Shown here piece after piece: positions 60,560 to 64,000 of a stretch of DNA of 64,000 nucleotides (position 1 is its first letter; the number at the start of each line of letters is the position of its first letter). The notes beneath the pieces were generated by a model. The model was not told the DNA's origin. It saw only the letters and a list, made by a program, of their open reading frames with translations, and did no database searches. Source of the stretch: Hemiscyllium ocellatum (lineage: Eukaryota); contig NC_083409.1 of assembly GCF_020745735.1 (NCBI RefSeq), positions 9,723,534 through 9,787,533 on the forward strand, read 5' to 3'. A program made the translations under genes and the position numbers.

Positions 60560-61930
60560 GTGGGAGAAGTGAACGTCACGACTGCAGCGTCCAGCATCTG
60601 TGACTGGCCTAAGTTCATTTCAGGTGTTACCCAGCAGCAGAGAGGGCACAGTGCGATCACACCAGCTGAGTCTGGACCAACAGTTTGAAGAGGGAATGTC
60701 TCAGACTGTAATGATTCAGCCCCAGCAGCTTTCAGTTTCTGTTTTGTTTGGAATCTAGTAAACTCAACAGATTCCCAAACAAAGGGATCACTTGGAAATG
60801 ATTGATGATTGGCTGTCAGTCCAAATTTCAGCCAATGTGTCATTCATTGACAGGTCAAGCAGCCAATCATGACAATCATTTGCTGACACTCTGCCAATCA
60901 CCTGAGGGGGCGGTGGGACATTTCCAAAGCACTCACAAGACAGAGACTGAATCTTCATGTTTATTCCCTTTCCCAAGTTGTCATCAACAGAAAAAACTGT
61001 AATAAACAGCCCAGACAGAGGAAGTTGTACACGTTCATAGTCACAATGGAGGCTGAGGAAAACACTTGCGGAGATTTTCTCAATAACATGAGAATCCTGT
61101 CCCTTTAAACAGTGACAAAACCTTAAATTGGAACTGGCGGCTGAGCAGGAAGGAGATCTGGTTTACTGAAACAGAGACTTCTGAGGTTCACATTGTTTTG
61201 TACAACTGACAGTCTTCAGCAACTTCAAATGATTTTACATGGCATCACATGTCATCCCTGTTCTCATCAAACACTCACTGGTCAAGGACAGCGACGTTTT
61301 GATTCAGATTAAAGCTCCTTCTCCACTGTCCCAATGAACTGGCGTGAGCCCTGAACCTCAGAAGTGTCTCTGAGCCAGTCCTGAGAAGAAAGAGAGTTGA
61401 AATTCAGTGCTGACAATGACCTTTGTCCTGCCAGCTCAGCCCTGTTCTATTTAAAGTTGTGTCTCCTCTGTGGACTGTCCCCAACACTCTGATGCTCTTG
61501 CTGAGGGGAGAGGGGAGGGTCACGTGGGTGAGGGCACAGGAGAAGTGAGCGTTGGCCTCCCAGTCAGACCCAGAGAGGGTCAGCAGGCTGCTGACACTGT
61601 AGGTGCTGTCCGCAGCTCGCAGGTAGTTGCTGGTCTGAACCCCATCTGAAATGACTGCACCGTCCTTCTTCCACTGCACCTCCAGCTCATCGGGATAGAA
61701 GTGATTGGCAAGGCACACCAGGGTGGCAGTGCCCTTGGCATTGACCTGCTCTGGGGAGGGGGGCAGCAGGGTCAGCCTGGGCTGTGAGTTCTCATGGCTG
61801 AAAGACAAGAGAAACAATTTTAGTCCCTGCCATTTGGCAGGATTTTCAACTCTCCAAACATTAACTAGTAGAACTAGTAGTTTGAACATTTGTATCCAAT
61901 ACAGAACAAACCGAACAAAAGAATGGCCGT
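60560..61930 (-). repeat. Inverted duplicate of ~33820-35200 (intron end, C exon, 3' UTR, downstream module)
   Basis: Colinear reverse-complement similarity seen by eye across the acceptor region, exon, UTR, polyA site and downstream motifs. Confidence 0.9.
61404..61797 (-). pseudogene. Probable kappa C pseudogene C3
   Basis: 61797-61489 aligns to C1 33973-34281 with 12 substitutions in 309 nt. The acceptor reads CAG|CCAT versus CAG|GCCGT in C1 (1 nt short). A 19-nt deletion removes RSECV* so the frame runs on to 61404. Any V/J would lie beyond the right edge of the window. Confidence 0.8.
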
Positions 61931-62049
61931 TTGTTAAAATTCCTTTTTGCTGGTGCAGTTTGAAGTCCCCCACCCAGTGTACACTCTGTGTTCAACGTGG
62001 CCGAGAGACTGATTCATCAGCCGAGGGAGAACAGTACATGGTAATCAGC

Positions 62050-63330
62050 GGGAGAATTCATAGTATCATACAGAATAGAAGAGGCCCTTCGCCCCATCAG
62101 GTCTATGTCACCAACGCAACACTAAATCAACACAACACCCACATTCCAGAAGTGGGCCCATAATCCTAAATGTTCAGTCATTTCAGGTGCTCATCCAAGT
62201 ACTTTGTGGAGGTTGTGAGGTTTCCCACCTCAACTCTCCTCCCAGGCATTCCCGACCCCCACCCTCTGTGAAAAAGCGTTTCCTCAAATCCCCTCTAAAG
62301 CTGCTGCCTTTCACATTGAATGTGAGCCAACTTGTTCTTGACCCTCCCAGTCAGGGGTACAGCTATTTACTATCACCCTGTCTATTCCCCTCATAACCTT
62401 TTCCCCCTCCATCAGGATCCCCCCCCCCCACTCCCCAAACCTTCTCTGCTCCAAAGAAAACAGCAGGAGCTTATTCATCCTCTTCACATCTGAAATGTTC
62501 CATCCCTGGGAACATTCTGGTGAATCTCCTCTGCATTCCCTCTAGTGTAATCACATCCCTCCTGCAGTGCGGAGACTACAACTGCACACAATGCTCCAGC
62601 TATGGCCTAACTACTGTTCTGCATTGCTCTAACATATCCTCCATGCTCTTTTAATCTGCACCTAAAATGATTAAGGCAAGTACCCCCCGATCGCCTTCAT
62701 AACTGCCCTGTTAGCATTTTACATCTTCAAAAGTGCATCACCTCACATTTATCTGGTTTAAATTCCATCTGCCTCAGATCTGCCCGTCTGACCAATCTGG
62801 TTATATCCTGCTGTAACTGAAAACCTTCTTCTTCACTGTCAACCATCCGACCAATCTTCACATCAAGCACAAACCCAGTTATCATCCACCTCCACATTCC
62901 CTTCGGCATTGTTCCTGTATATCACGAGCAATGTGGGACCCAACACTGATCCCTGTGATATCCCACTGCACCCTGGACCCAGTCACACAAACAGCCTTCT
63001 AGCATCACCTTCTGTCACCTGTCACAAAGCCAAGTTTGGATCCAACTTGCCAAGTTATCCTGGGTCCCATAGCCTTGTATATCTCCTTTATCAGTCTCCC
63101 AAGTACAACCTTGTCAAAGGCCTTACTGAAATTCATATAAACCTCCGGCACCTCCCTCATCCACACAACTGGTCACCTTCTCGACAAAATTCCAAAAGAT
63201 TTGTTGGGCATGGCCTCCCTCTGACAAAGCCGAGCTGACTACCCCAATATGGAGATTCATTCGACCTTCAGAATTTTCTCCAATTGTATCCCTACCGCTG
63301 ATGAGACACCCACTGGTTTCCTTGTCCATA
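62050..63330 (-). mobile_element. CR1 LINE 3' fragments
   Basis: KIGRMVDSEEEGFQLQQDI and MEFKPDKCEVMHF peptides. Confidence 0.8.
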
Positions 63331-64000
63331 TCTGGCCTGATGCCATGTGACTTCATCAGGCCTGGAGTCAATGTTGAGGATTTCCAGGGGTCACTCCCTC
63401 CTGGCTCTATATCACTGTGTCATCACCTCTGCTGAGTCTTTCCTGCTGGTGGGACAGGACCTACACAAGGGATGGTGAAGGTGGTGCCTGGGACACTGTT
63501 CGGTATAATTATGTGAATATGACTGTCAGGCTGTTGCTTGTCAGTCTAGTCTGTGAAACAGCTCTCCTGAATTTGACACTAGCCCGCAGATATTAGTAAG
63601 GAGGATGCAACAGGGTCGACAGGGCTGTGTTTGATGTTGTTTCCGGTGCCAAGTTCGAGGCCAGGTGGCCCATTAAGTTTCATTCGGTTTCTGAGACTTC
63701 CCAGCGATTGTTAGAATGGAGGGCCTTGCTCGGCCATTGCAGAAGGTGGTTAACAGTTAACCTCATTGCTGTGGGTCTGGAGTCACGTGTAGGCCAGACA
63801 AGGTAAGGACGGCAGATTTCCTTCCTGAAAGGACATCGGTCCTTCGCCTCAATATCGCTTTAACATAACCCTGATCACTCACAGATCAGAACTACTTTAT
63901 CCGAGAACATTGGAGCAGACTTGAATCAACGCACTTCAGGAAGGAGTCACGTTGGAAGAGCAACAAACAAGGATGGAGATGGAGACGTGGAGCTTCAAAT

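Noticed and set aside
60899-60914. CACCTGAGGGGGCGG as a third CTCF site
   Set aside because: It has four mismatches to the CTCF core and is better read as an E-box plus GC-box.
61798-61973. N-terminal part of the 189-aa ORF 61404..61973
   Set aside because: It is intron and LINE sequence that is in frame only because of the 1-nt loss at the acceptor, and it has no signal peptide or V domain.

Overview
Eukaryotic, repeat-rich DNA from a cartilaginous fish. The HE1-type SINEs, CR1 LINEs and the Ig sequence point to a shark; an orectolobiform species is my inference. The one apparently intact protein-coding gene is an immunoglobulin kappa-type (shark type III/NS4-like) light chain on the + strand. 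It comprises a promoter, leader exon (22015-22063), an already-joined in-frame V-J exon with no RSS (22250-22579), an 11.4-kb intron and a C exon (33972-34300), predicting a 235-aa protein. Two further C copies lie on the - strand, tail-to-tail with it. C2 is a 5'-deleted remnant (48529-48616). C3 is a near-complete exon (61489-61797) with a 1-nt loss at the acceptor and a 19-nt deletion of the terminal Cys and stop. The 3' flanks of the intact C and C3 are an old inverted duplication that preserves a candidate 3' enhancer (IRF motif, E-boxes, CCAAT pair) and an identical CTCF-consensus motif, giving a divergent CTCF pair. The rest is decayed CR1 LINEs, HE1 SINEs, a Gmr1-like Gypsy remnant, Penelope remnants and palindromic Penelope-end elements carrying minimal hammerhead-ribozyme motifs with target-site duplications, plus minisatellites. 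I saw no CRISPR array, rRNA or true tRNA gene. Almost all entries in the ORF track are spurious or transposon fragments. All counts and identities were made by eye, and repeat boundaries are approximate.
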